Part shown: positions 1 to 11,556 of the stretch, piece after piece
How positions within the stretch are numbered: position 1 is the stretch's first letter
Layout of the letters: the number at the start of each line of letters is the position of its first letter
NCBI GenBank assembly: GCA_010909165.1
Contig: MU008179.1
Coordinates: 868,001-932,000, forward strand
From: Anthoceros angustus
Lineage: Eukaryota; Plantae; Anthocerotophyta
Length of the DNA stretch: 64,000 nt
Direction: 5' to 3'
Notes under the pieces: model-generated
Databases searched by the model: none
Seen by the model: the letters and a program-made list of their open reading frames with translations, nothing else
What the model was told of the DNA's origin: nothing
Program-made: the position numbers and the translations under genes

Positions 1-3000
1 AAGAGGCTCAACACACTCGATAGTGAATCTGTATGGCGGGGACTGCCGTGCTTTGGCTTCCTCTAAGTCTCTGGCTGCAGCCTCATAGTCTTCCAATATG
101 CGATTCACCTCCCCTCGGACACTGGGGGCAGCACACGTCTGTAGGTCAGGCACCGAGTTGTTTCTTGGCATGTAAGGTATTGGCCTTAGAGAATGTAGAA
201 GGTAATGGTCGTCAATAGCTTGTCTCTCAAGTGTGCCATGCTTCATTTTGGAGTAATGTTCGCTGGCATACCTCAGATAGAACGCACTTTGAGGCTGTGC
301 ACTCTCGGCTCGGTCAAGATCCTCTTTAGCACCTCGATAGTCCCCAGCGTATAGCCTTGTCAGACCCAAGATACTGCAGCAGTGTGACAGGAAGGAGTGT
401 CAATCAGTGGTCACCATGGCATCCGCTCAAGCAACTTGAGAGCCACAGCGTCATGCTTGCCTACCAGAGCGTGAAGGCAGCATCTTCCCCATGCAGAGAT
501 GTAAGAGCCTTTTGCAAATCCGCTTTAGCACCATCAAGATTACCGCTTTCCATCTTCACAGCTCCCAGCAGGCTGTGTATTACAGTATAGTCAGAGTAGG
601 TCAAGTTGCAGTGGGAAACCAGAAAGCATTTCAGGAAGTGCCACCTTAGGATAAAGGGATTCTGATTTGGACAGTGTTCAAAATCTTCCAGTGCACCCTT
701 AACCAGGCCCAGATTCCACCTCAGTAGACCTCGACAGCTACAAGACGGGACAACAATGTGAGCATTGGTACGAGGGGGAGACTTTCAGGAAAGTGAGCCA
801 GAGCCTTCACGTTGCCCCCACCCAGAGATAGGGCAGGTTTCTTTTACTACGCAGTTGCACCAAAGATCTACCTCAAGAATATGCTGGTTTGCAATGGTAA
901 ATCATCCGTCAGCTCAAGTTTGGCCTTCTCCCAGTCTGATATGCCCATCATGGCAGTGCCCAAGAAGCTGCAAACATAGGAATGCAGGACTTCTCACGAA
1001 CTGTTGTCATCTCCATATCTGGAACAGGATAGCTGAAGATAGAACGTCTCTGACCTTAGGGTGAGTGAGTCATCAGGATTTAGCCTTTTTGCTGCTCTCA
1101 AATTATCCACTGCATCTTGGTACTCTCGGAGTGTGAAATAAGCAACTCCTAAATTCCTGGAGACAAGGAACAATATGGCTTACTTTTTCCTGCAGCTACA
1201 CTGGTGCAGGAGGAAAAAATTCAGACACGGTGTACGTTACCTTAGTGTTATAGGATGTTCAGGTTGCAACCTATTGGCCTCCTTAAGGTCCACCAAACCA
1301 TCTCTCTCCTGAGTTTGTATCACCTTAGCTAAACCCCAGGAGCGTAAAGTGGCAGCAAGAACCCGCTTCTTTAAAGTCAAAAGCTCCTCATCCGTCAGGT
1401 TAGGGCTTAATTCACTCGTTAGGACTCCCACTTCGGGAATTTCACCTTCCAAGGTCTGAGAGAAGACTCTTCTATATATATCACATTCAGGAACTCCAGA
1501 CAGTAATCTTGCACACTGTGAGACAACTGTAACGTGCCCATAGGTGAGGAGGAAAGCACATAACAGGTGGATTCTGTTGCTACTAGGAGATGCCATCGGA
1601 GAGAGGTATTTTTTCTGAATCAGAAAACTATCCTGACAGCGACAGTCCTGTGACAGGTAATCGGTGACAATGGGATGCACTCGATAGAAATCCTGCATGA
1701 AGTGGAGTCCGATCCCAAGGGAATTTCATTACTACATCACACAGCTGCCCACTTCTGTCTAAATATCGACATGAACCGAATTTGACTCACTTTTGTCCGC
1801 TCCAGAATGTGAATCCCTACAAATGCTTCGAACTCCTGATCAAAGGTGGCCTCATCAACTGGAGTGTCCATGCAGATTGTCCAAGCCAGCTTCACAAGGT
1901 TTGTTGGAATTTCTGTCGCAGATCTGAACAAGCCAAAAGCGGTAAAAGCCTGTTTACTACCGGAACAGGCAGCAATACTAGATTTAACCCCACGAAACAT
2001 AGTGCTTGCATAGCCATCCATGGACTGTCTCTGCTCTGCATGCAAGCCAAACTCGTCAGCAGCCTTTTGCCATTCCCCAGGCTGAGTCTTATTAAGTACA
2101 GCATTACCCATCACAGTTATTGCTAATGGGCAACCATGGCATTTGGCCCGAATCATCCTAGCCGGGACCTGCACAAGAAAAGGATCATACTGAAGGATGA
2201 AAGGAAGAAAGAACCGTGCCAAAACAGATCAGAAACCATACAACCCAAATTACCTCAAGATTTGTAGGGACGACTGATCCTCTATCAGCACAGCGTAACA
2301 ATATTTTCTCATCCAGGCTCTCATCCATGTAGTCTTTTGGGCTGATCGTGACCAGCTTTGAGCATTTAGACAACGGATCAGGTGACCTAGTTGTGATAAG
2401 CAGATTTCCGGGGTGTTGTTCAAAGCAAAAGTTCTCCCGAATGCGTGGATGCCAAACATCATCCAAGACAATCAAACAACGGAGCTTCAACGGCGTTTTG
2501 CGAAGAACGTCCTTTATCTCTTTTATCTTGGAGCTAGAGGGCATGCTTCCGTCCCAACTCATCTTTCTGCCCACAAACCTCAAAATACGTTCGAGTTCAA
2601 CACATATCTTGTCATCAAGTGCCGTCTGAGAACAAGTAGTGCTATATTTTTCACCAAAGGTGATGAAGTGCACACCACCAGGGTAGTCAAAGCCTGCACT
2701 TCCGCCGTAAGAAACACACATCAAGAAACCATACAACAAGTTCTTGTCACCTCGCCGCGTCAAAAGAATCCAGCAATTATCTGGGCCGAGCCAAGCAATT
2801 CACCGTGGTCATACAATCAGAACCCTGGAATCTGACCAGTACAGACTACACTGCTTACCCGCTCTGAGAGTAGAGGCCAGCTCCAAAGCTAGAGCTGATT
2901 TTCCCATGCCAAACATGCCGGCAATGATCACAGTTTGGCCGCTCTCGTCCCTCAAATACTGCAAGAGCTCGTCGTGTAACTTGCTGACTTGCAGGTACTT

Positions 3001-3483
3001 TGGAGGGAGCTTCTTCTCCAAACTCCTCTGCTGGATGTCAAATGCCTTCAGTCTTTTGGCCCGCACCCTGCATTTCCGCAAGTCTTTACAGCATTTGTTC
3101 AGCACGTTGCTAGGAAGTTGTTTTCGGTCATCCTCAAAGTTGTAAACCACGAGATTCTCTATTGCTAGTTTCTCCGAAAACCCCATCTCCTGCTCCCTCC
3201 GCACGAGATCTCCAAGCCTTTTGTTCACATCCCGGATGTTTGTCCGCACAGCTTCCAACGCCGTTGCGTCCTCTTCGGTCAGTTCTCCTTTCCCCGACGA
3301 TTTGTGTCTCTGCACCTGCACGTTGATGAGTTTCTCCTTCTCTTCACGCACTTGCTTGATGGCAGTATTGAAGTCCTGATAGCCGGAGGGCCTTGCTGCA
3401 GCTGCCAGTCTTTCAAGCTCCTGTAAGCTGAATTCGATGCCGATCAACGGATCCTCGCCCTTCCGCCGCCCTGCAGAACCCAT
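1..3483 (-). CDS. Multi-exon NB-ARC (STAND NTPase)-TPR protein with an N-terminal helical/coiled-coil domain; the 3' end probably runs off the window
   Basis: Manual splicing with GT-AG sites: exons 3483-2859, 2693-2254, 2168-1791, 1692-1241, 1156-1055, 967-872, 737-645, 572-465, 373-272 and 121-(<=17). NB-ARC motifs: P-loop GMFGMGKSALA, kinase-2 CLIVLDDVW, RNBS-B LLITTR, GLPL-like GCPLAI, MHD-position VHPIV. C-terminal TPR-like units include NLGVAYFTLREYQDAVDNLRAAKRLNPDD, LLGAVKMESGNLDGAKADLQKAL and ILGLTRLYAGDYRGAKEDLDRAESAQP. Confidence 0.85.
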
Positions 3484-4719
3484 CTCAGGAATCGAATTTC
3501 TTCTCACCTCCTCGAGACCAGCTCAATCCATCCAAGCACCGGGCTGGTGAGCACAATCCCGTCGAAAACGGAGCCCATAAATCTGAACACGAGCCAGACT
3601 TGCCGCCTTGCCAGTCTCGACGTGCCGGAATTCTCGATCTGCCCTAACCAAAAACCGGAGGAGCGAGGAAGCTTCTAAGCCGGCGAGATGGCCCCATGCC
3701 TGTGCATGCACGAAGCTGCTGCTGGCATTGCTTCCTTACGAGGTGCAGAGCTTATTGCCAGATCTCATCTTGTGCATGTACAATTCTCCTCCGTGTGTTT
3801 GTGCTTGTGACGTACAATTTCACTGTGATTGTGGTTGACCTCTAGCCTAGTGCTTTTCCATGCTCCTTGTACATACTTACCCTTCAACCTGCCTTACCAT
3901 TCCAGTGATCACTCTGTACGTGTCCGTGATAAGGACAAGGAAGACCCTCCAGGCTCATGAACAACATCACTAAATCATGTAAACTATGAGTTCAATACCC
4001 AAACCGGTTCTCGCAAAACAGCTTTGAAAGCCCTTCACACCGTGCCATCTGCCCAGAACCAGCGGTGGGTTGGTTGTGCATTAAATATCAATAAGAAAAT
4101 TCATTCTTATTTTAAATACAATTTATATTTTATTGAAATAAATATGATAAATATAAATATTTACATTAAATATATCTTATAAGACATGTACAACAAGATT
4201 GGACAGAATAAGCAATATCTACATCACCAAACCATCCAAAACTCCCACCATATTGACAAGACAACAGCAATACCAAACCATCCATAACTCCCACAATATT
4301 GAAAAGACCTTGTGAGCTGCATGAAGTTCATCCTAATTTGTTTAATTTCACCTTAATCTCAATCCACGATCTGCCGGAGCAAGGAATTGTTGGCGCAGAA
4401 GCTCTCAGCTTGATTTGCTGCCGGTACAATCAAGGAGTCAATGACTTCACATTACTTACAAATCTGGTGGCACATTACTTACAAATCTGGTGGACGAAAG
4501 ACAGCAGAGCTTGGAATTGCACGAAGAGAGAACGTACACTGGTACAGGTACAGCGTACATAGTTAGCACTCACCAGCGAGCCTGTGATGAAGCCGTCCCT
4601 CAGTTCTGTTTAGTCCCTCGGTAGCAAGGAACAGGCATAAGCCACAGAATGACAGCTAGGGTTAGTAGGAGCAAGGAAGGTGGAGGTGGAATCTGTTAGC
4701 TTGACTGCTGCCGCTATAA

Positions 4720-5310
4720 TCAAGATTCAACCACGTTGTAGTGCAAAATCTTGTGGAAGAACCACAGCAGAGCTTGCGACACCACACGAGATGATGAACA
4801 GCGTAGTTGGCATTCACCGGCGAGCCTGATGATGCCGACAACTGTAGAGTGCCCAAAGGTGAGGAGGAAAGCAAATAACAGGTGGATTCCGTTGCTACAA
4901 GGAGATGCCATTGGAAAGAGGTATCCTTCCTGGAACAGAAAACTGTTCTGACAGCCACAGTCCGGTGACAGGTAATGTGTGACAATTGGGTGCACTCGAT
5001 AGAATTCCTACATGAAGTGGAATCCGATCCCAAGGGAATTCCATTACGGAATCGAACTTTTTCTCACCTCACTCCAGACCAGCTCAATCCAATCCAAGCA
5101 CCTTCCAAAGGGATTACAGGATCGATCTATATATGTACAAAAATATGCGTAAATTCGGATAAACCGGAGCCCATAAATCCGAACACCAGAGCCTTGCGAA
5201 AGGAGAAGGCCAGTCTCGAGGTGCCGAGCTCCGCTATCTGCCCTAATCAAGGAGAGGAGGAGCGAAACTGGAAACTCGTGAGCAGGCGAGCTGCTCCCAT
5301 GCCGGTGCAT
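4720..5310 (-). pseudogene. Deletion-derivative paralog of the NB-ARC-TPR gene: 5' region fused to the post-NB-ARC exon
   Basis: ~5049-5310 aligns by eye to ~3490-3710 (GACCAGCTCAATCCA..., GGAGCCCATAAATC..., CAGTCTCGA). ~4780-5048 aligns to ~1500-1735 (GATCCCAAGGGAATT; HPIVTHYLS vs HPIVTDYLS). The junction near 5048 removes the whole coiled-coil and NB-ARC region. Confidence 0.75.
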
Positions 5311-5317
5311 TGACGAA

Positions 5318-6301
5318 ATGGTAGGTCTGACAGGAACAGCAGCGCGGCACTCCGCAGATGATGCGAGCCGGGTGGTGGTGATTTTGGAGACCAATCCTCA
5401 CGTCTGGGGCAGGCCGGCCGCCTCTGGTGGCGGGGCAACGGGGGCAGGGGCGGCGTCCGCTCCGCCGTTCCATCGCGTTCTCCAGGATGTGCTTGTGTTC
5501 GTGAACTCCATTCTGCTTCTGCATCATCTGAACGAGGTGGTGCTGGTGGCCACGGGCTCCAGCACATGGAAGATTCTGTACGATTCTTCCGCGCGGGTGG
5601 GCAGCGCGGCGGGGAGCGTCAGGCTGACGGGGGTGAGCTCCGGCAAGGCGCAAGGGCAGCAGCCGCAGAGCGCGCCGGTGCTGAAGCGGCTGGAGGAGTT
5701 CGTGGGCGAGGAGGAGGCGGCCTGGAGGCGGCAGGGCGAGGGGGAGGGCAACCGGGGGTCGCTCCTGTCGGGAGCCCTGTCCATGGCTTTGTGCTACATA
5801 CGCAAGAGGGCCAGCGGGTCGGGGTCCTCTCCGCAGCTGCAGCCCAGGATTCTGTGCGTGCAGAGCTCCCCGGACGCGCCCCAGCAGTACGTGGCTGTCA
5901 TGAACGCCATCTTCTCTGCGCAGCGCTACGACGTGCCCGTGGATGCGTGCATGGTGGGGAGCCAGCACTCGGCGTTTCTGCAGCAGGCGGCTCACATCAC
6001 GGGTGGGGTTTACCTCAAGGCCCAGCAGTGCGAGGGGCTGGCGCAGTATCTCATGATGCTCTTCACCACCGACCTGGGGTCTCGGCAGTTTCTGCTGCTG
6101 CCGTCCTCGGCCGGGGTGGATTTTAGGGCTTCCTGTTTCTGCCACAAGAAGATCATAGACATGGGCTATGTCTGCTCGGTTTGCCTTTCCATCTTCTGCA
6201 AGTCCCAGCAGGTGTGCTCCACCTGCAGGGCTGATTTCACCTCCAGCAAAGGCGCAACCCTGCATCCTGTGGGCAAGAATGGGGTACAGACAGACAGATG
6301 A
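5318..6301 (+). CDS. TFB4: General transcription/DNA repair factor IIH subunit TFB4 (p34/GTF2H3), single exon, 327 aa
   Basis: vWA-like segments VVVILETNP, SLLSGALSMALCYI, QYVAVMNAIFSAQ and FLQQAAHITGGVY, followed by the C-terminal zinc finger VDFRASCFCH...GYVCSVCLSIFC...CSTC, all characteristic of Tfb4/p34. Confidence 0.95.
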   Translation: MVGLTGTAARHSADDASRVVVILETNPHVWGRPAASGGGATGAGAASAPPFHRVLQDVLVFVNSILLLHHLNEVVLVATGSSTWKILYDSSARVGSAAGSVRLTGVSSGKAQGQQPQSAPVLKRLEEFVGEEEAAWRRQGEGEGNRGSLLSGALSMALCYIRKRASGSGSSPQLQPRILCVQSSPDAPQQYVAVMNAIFSAQRYDVPVDACMVGSQHSAFLQQAAHITGGVYLKAQQCEGLAQYLMMLFTTDLGSRQFLLLPSSAGVDFRASCFCHKKIIDMGYVCSVCLSIFCKSQQVCSTCRADFTSSKGATLHPVGKNGVQTDR

Positions 6302-6600
6302 AAGAGCGGTATCAGCCTTCACTTCAGCTGTTTTCGTTACGACCTACTCTATGTTCTCGGTTGCATGCAGCACGCCTGGAATGCACACCGCCTGGAATGC
6401 AACAGACAAAATCATTTAACAAGAAACAGTTATCGGCGGTCAAAACGATCAGACCTGGGAGACGATATGCCAGATTCTTGTGCTTCAAGATCACTGAAGG
6501 GTAGTGAATTTTGCTAATGAGTGGTGGAAGCCATTATCGTGACGGGAAAGAATGATGACATCAAAATTGTCTACCTAATCCTTACAACTCATCTAGACTA

Positions 6601-8335
6601 CTAAGGTGCCTTGGACTTCGTGCTTACTTCCTCGGCCTTGGAAGCAGCTTTCTGCTTCGAGGCAGTTTTCTTCTTACGCCTCCACTTGAGGTAGAGTTGG
6701 TAGCTCAATCCAGTGAACACCATGAGCACACCAGTCCACTGCTGCGGGCTCAGTGGATTGCCCCTCCAGATAGCAGAAACAAGGATGCTCACAAACTTAC
6801 GGGTGGTGGTGATAGTCGTGTTAGCCAAAGAGCCAAAATGCTTGATGGTGAGGAAAATGAAGTTCTGTCCAACAGCTCCACACAGGCAGAAGACTAAAAT
6901 ATCCCATGCCGCTTCTGGGTGTTGACGACAGAAGTCCACAGCAGCGAATCCACCACCTCCTTTCCAGGCAAAGAGATACAATCCCATGTATAAGGCCCCC
7001 CAGAAATTCATCCCCAACATGATCTGCCAGGCACTCGTCTTCGGATACCTGCGGACATGAAGAAAACAAGTAGACTCTGTCACTGCTGGTTTTTCCCAAT
7101 ACATAGTTAGGCGCACAAAGAAGCTGTAAGGCTAAAGTATCTTCAGGAACCAGAAAGCAACCAACCGTGTAGTACCTTTGCGTTATGGCGTCTTGTGTGG
7201 CATTCGTGAAGCCATCCATTCCAAGATTTATAAAACAAAGGGTGTACCCCAAAGGCATGTTCGGGCTAGCTAGCTTCCCAACTACCTTAGAAGAGCTCTG
7301 CAAAGGAACAACGTTAGTGTAAGCATATCAAGAAAGCAGTGATCAGATTTGGACAGCTAAATTGCAGCAGTGTGACCTGGAAACGACCTCTACTTCAGAA
7401 CAAACCTTAAAAAGAGCAAACATTGAAACACCACCGGCGACGAGGACGGAGCACACATACTCAGGTATGGTGTAACGCACTCCATACACCACAGCCCCCA
7501 TCAACATGACTGAAATCACACACCAAGAACATCAGCAAAAACTGCACAAACACAAGTCGTCAAAGGGTCATCACGCATGAAAATCCAAGCTTAAAAACAC
7601 ACTTCCGAGCCCTTGCGACAGATACCTGGAATCATCTTGGAGGACTTGGCCAGGACCTGAGTATTGTGAGGACCACGGAAGCCATTGTCAGAACACTACT
7701 CCGTCAACATTATTTGCATTTAGTATCTCAGAGTTAGAAACCTTGTTCCAACCTGTGCAGGGAAGCTGATGTACTTCAAAGCTTGAATTCCACAAGACGG
7801 TCCAATGGAGTTCGTAATGCTCGGACTCCAGTACGCCCATATGGGAGCTTGAGATGGAGAAGACGCAGACCAAATGGAAAGCACTGTTCTCCACATGCAC
7901 ATAACCCCACGACAGCCATGAGGAGGACGAAGCTAGCCAATACAACAATCCCACATTCTTTCCGTCACCATGCCCTGCTCAAGGCGTATACAAACACACC
8001 AAGAGAATGATCTGCAACACGTTCTTACTCAGAAACGACCAGGCGAAGCAGACAACAGTCTGAGCGAAATTCAGGAACGGAAGGTGCTCGAACCGTCGGC
8101 CATCGGGTCCAAAACGCTTTGTTGACCTGCCAAAGCACAGCCAGCACATGCTTGATCAAAATTGCCTCCGTCCGAAGCCAGCTCAACACAGCCCCCTGAA
8201 CCCTAGCCACAACCACGCCAAACTCCACCCAACGCCGACTCACAAGGTCTCCTGAAGCACGCCCTGAGTGACATAGGCGCCCCAAATCCCGGCAACGCAA
8301 AACGACAGCAGCAAAACCCGCCTCGCTCCCTCCAT
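6601..8335 (-). CDS. UTR3: UDP-galactose/UDP-glucose transporter, UTr1/UTr3 (SLC35B1) family, multi-exon
   Basis: Spliced translation begins MEGARRVLLLSFCVAGIWGAYVTQGVLQETL-STKRFGPDGRRFEHLPFLNFAQ. It continues ALKYISFPAQ-VLAKSSKMIP, LGMDGFTNATQD and GAVGQNFIFLTI...TTITTTRKFVSIL. These closely match plant UTr3 as recalled; the C-terminal tail is lysine-rich. Confidence 0.92.
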
Positions 8336-9327
8336 CTCAGGCAGCGTGATATGATCTCCCTCCGCCAAGATCAGCCTTAGCCTGCGTGTGCTCTTGAGGG
8401 CTCATCGCAGAGGACCGCGCCAGCAATCCATCGCCGCCGAATCCCAACCAATTCCGCCTCCAAGCAGCTGCAATTCCGCTCTTCACCCCCTCGGAGTGCC
8501 AGTGCTCTTTTCCTTCACCCGGAAGTCGCGACTCTGCTCCCGCTTCACAGACCCTCCATCTCGGACCTCTCGCACTTGTCTACCAACGTGGATTCCGCAT
8601 GGTCGGAAGTTCGAACCTGATTAGACTTTGTCTCCGCCACGTGTGAGCCGCCGAGTGGCTGAGACCAAGGTTTTGCTAACGTGGCCCGTGCCGATTGGTG
8701 ACGATGGCAAACAATGACAAGCGAACCGTTTTGATCCGAGTACGCGACTCAAGAGAACATCCCGGCCCGCTTAGTAGGTACATACTTATGTATAAATTAT
8801 AATGACGTCTCGAGACACTCACGGATTCAGCGTTTCCCAAAACTCTTCGTCTGGAAATTGCGTCTACATCATATACCTACGTATGTAGGTAATAACGAAA
8901 ACAGCATTTGATCCTCGCTTGAGGGATAACATCTTAGCCTTGAATTCATAAGAAGTCCTTGACTTAGCGACCCGAATCACTCTTGGGATGAGTTTTAACT
9001 TTTTGTGAAGCCCTTAGGGTCTGACCACCTTGTTGTAAGGCCCTTCAGGGCCCTCCAGTTGGTGTGTCTCCGCTTCCGTAAAGGATTCGGAAGGACTCGC
9101 AATCTGATCACTATTAGGATAGGGTGCCTACTTATAGGGTCCCTTATTCTAACGCCCTTCAGGGCCCTCTAGCTGGTATGTCTCCTCTGCTGGAAGCTCC
9201 TTCGGGGCCATCTAAACTCTAGATCAAAACAGCACTTGGATGATATACACAAGCGATTTGTCTCCCGAGTCTCCACCTACTGTGGTCTAACAAAATTTCA
9301 ACAGCCATCGATGTGATCTGAGATGGT

Positions 9328-11198
9328 CTAGGGAGTGAGTAGGTGAGACACATACTCCTCTGCTCGCTCGATGACTTCGGCAATGTTGGATTCTCGCTGC
9401 ATCCAGGAAGGGTGGAAATATGTGGACTTGTTCCTCTCCGCTGTGCAAGTTTTTCTGACAAGCAATCCCCGGAAGTGCTCCAGTCTGATTATGGAAGCGT
9501 TAAAGTGAACTGCATTTTTCCAGGAAGAGCCCAGGGTTTGATGGATGGAGGAGTAGAACTCGCTTCGTGGTTTCACCATGTACTTTCGACGACCGCCGGC
9601 CGCAAGGCACAGATATGGAGAAGGTGCATGCGACGTTTTCCTGCAGCGAAATCGAGAACGTGAAACATTGGCATAAGCGTGTCATCACTGTGCAAGCTCG
9701 TAACTGCTACGGTTCAACTGCGTGCCTAAGAGGTGAGCAGGATACCAACCCGCACTCAGGCTGGGGCCGTCGCCAAAGCATCCGCTGTATCGGCCACTCG
9801 TTCTCCGTCTCCTCAGCTCGGCAGTCGGAGATGGAGATCGGCCAGCTCCCGAACGTCAGCACCGAGGCGTTGGCATTGGCGTCGATTAACTCCCCTGGCG
9901 TGTGCGGAGGCTCAGCGTACAAGAACTCATCGAAGTCCTGGAAGACGGTCCACTCTGCGAGAAACCGAGTTCGATGGAGGCATTCGTTGATCAGCAAAAC
10001 CTACAAGCGCAGCACGAGAGTGAACATGAGGAAAGCTACGAGCCCGCGTGCGCGCCAGGTGTAGGCGGGAATTCATCGCAGCTTGCATGGGAGGGAGGGA
10101 TTACCTGGCCGCGGTACCACGACGGAAACCTCGTTTGATCCGCAACATATAGAACGGTGACAAATCCGGCTTTCACGAAGGGAGCAAGCACCTTTCTTCC
10201 TTCCTCTCCCAGACCTCCGATGTCGTAGAAGAAGAAATGAGCCTTGCGTCCCTCGAAGATGTAGAGATGGTAGATGAGCCATTGTTTGATCACCTCGACT
10301 TGCACACTACCAGCGATGGCAGCACCGCAGAAGGCGTACTTGTATGGAGGCGGCCTCTCCATGACTGCACGAACGTTCTGGCCCGCGTTCTCTTGGAGAA
10401 CCAGCACTGGAGGAACCTGCAGCAGGTAAAGCACCTCGTTAGCATACGGCTTAGCTCCAAGGATATCTGTAAAGGAGGAATTGAGAACAGGCAAGGGAAC
10501 TTCTCTCCAAGGTGCCTTACATACTCTCCAACAAGCTTCCCCGTTGTGATGCTCAAGTAGAGAGAGCCGCCGAGGCCATCAACACCGACGTCCGCACCAA
10601 ATTCGCAAGTCAGGATTAGCATGTTGTATGCGATTTTGACGAACGCAGTGTTGCCGTAGCTTGATTTTGCACCGGACTCCATCACCGGCTGCGTGTGACT
10701 GCCATTTCCGGGATGCCATACGCATTCGTACACGGCTTTGTCCGGCACGCCCTGTATCGCTCTTGAGCTGAGGCCGAGGATGTGGAAAGTTGTGGTAGAG
10801 GCCCTGCAAGTAGCTAAATGCAAATGAGCAACAGAGCTTGGAGAAGAAGGGTAACCAACAACAAGGAAGAGCAATTGATACCTGGAAGCACTGACAAGAA
10901 CAAAGGGGTAAAGCGCCTGCCCGATTGGCTGGACGAGGAGCGTGTTTGGATCCCCAGTGCTGTGCGGCTGCGGCACTGCACCACTGCAATTCGATGACAC
11001 CGCAGGATCGCTGCTCACATTTCCAGTACCTGCTCCCCTGGCCGAACTCAGATTCACGCCTGTAACAGAACTCCAGAAGTCACTACCCGACAAGCCTGTC
11101 GCCTCTCCCGCTCCAGCAGCCCACAAGGACGCACGTACGGCCAGCAGAACTGCCACGAATATAATCACGCTCCACAGCGCAGGTGCAACCTTGGCCAT
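9328..11198 (-). CDS. GT92/DUF23 glycosyltransferase, galactan beta-1,4-galactosyltransferase (GALS)-like, copy A, 5 exons
   Basis: N-terminal TM anchor; YKYAFCG...IKQWLIYH...HFFFYDIGG; Q-VLLINECLHRTRF; DxD motif in WTVFQDFDEFLY; GRRKYMVKP; RLEHF. Manual splicing (e.g. intron 10417-10520) restores a continuous frame to the stop at 9328. Confidence 0.85.
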
Positions 11199-11556
11199 CC
11201 CCTCAGCGCTCAGATTGGGAAACTCCGCTACAACGTTTGATCATCGTCAGCTCGCCGAATTCACACAACCTGTTGTCCAAATTGGCAGCTGCCGGCGATC
11301 TCATGCAGGAGCTGCCGGCGAGCTCGGGCAGCCGTACCTGACGACCGCCATAACCGAGGTGAAAAGCAGCTCTTATGCGTAAGAACAAGAACATTGTTTA
11401 TGTGGAAGTGGGTCGTATATTCCGTTAAATACGGACGGTTAGGATTTTGGACTGATGCGATGACGACAACGTCTTTACATACTTGAGCGATCGGTAAACG
11501 AGCGATGTCTTGATTCACGATCCCTGCCAGGCAGTTCCTGTTACGGTGCCAGTGGG

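Noticed and set aside
4226-4493. Short local duplications (46-bp imperfect at 4226/4272; 23-bp perfect at 4448-4493)
   Set aside because: They are real but ordinary replication-slippage duplications in AT-rich intergenic DNA.
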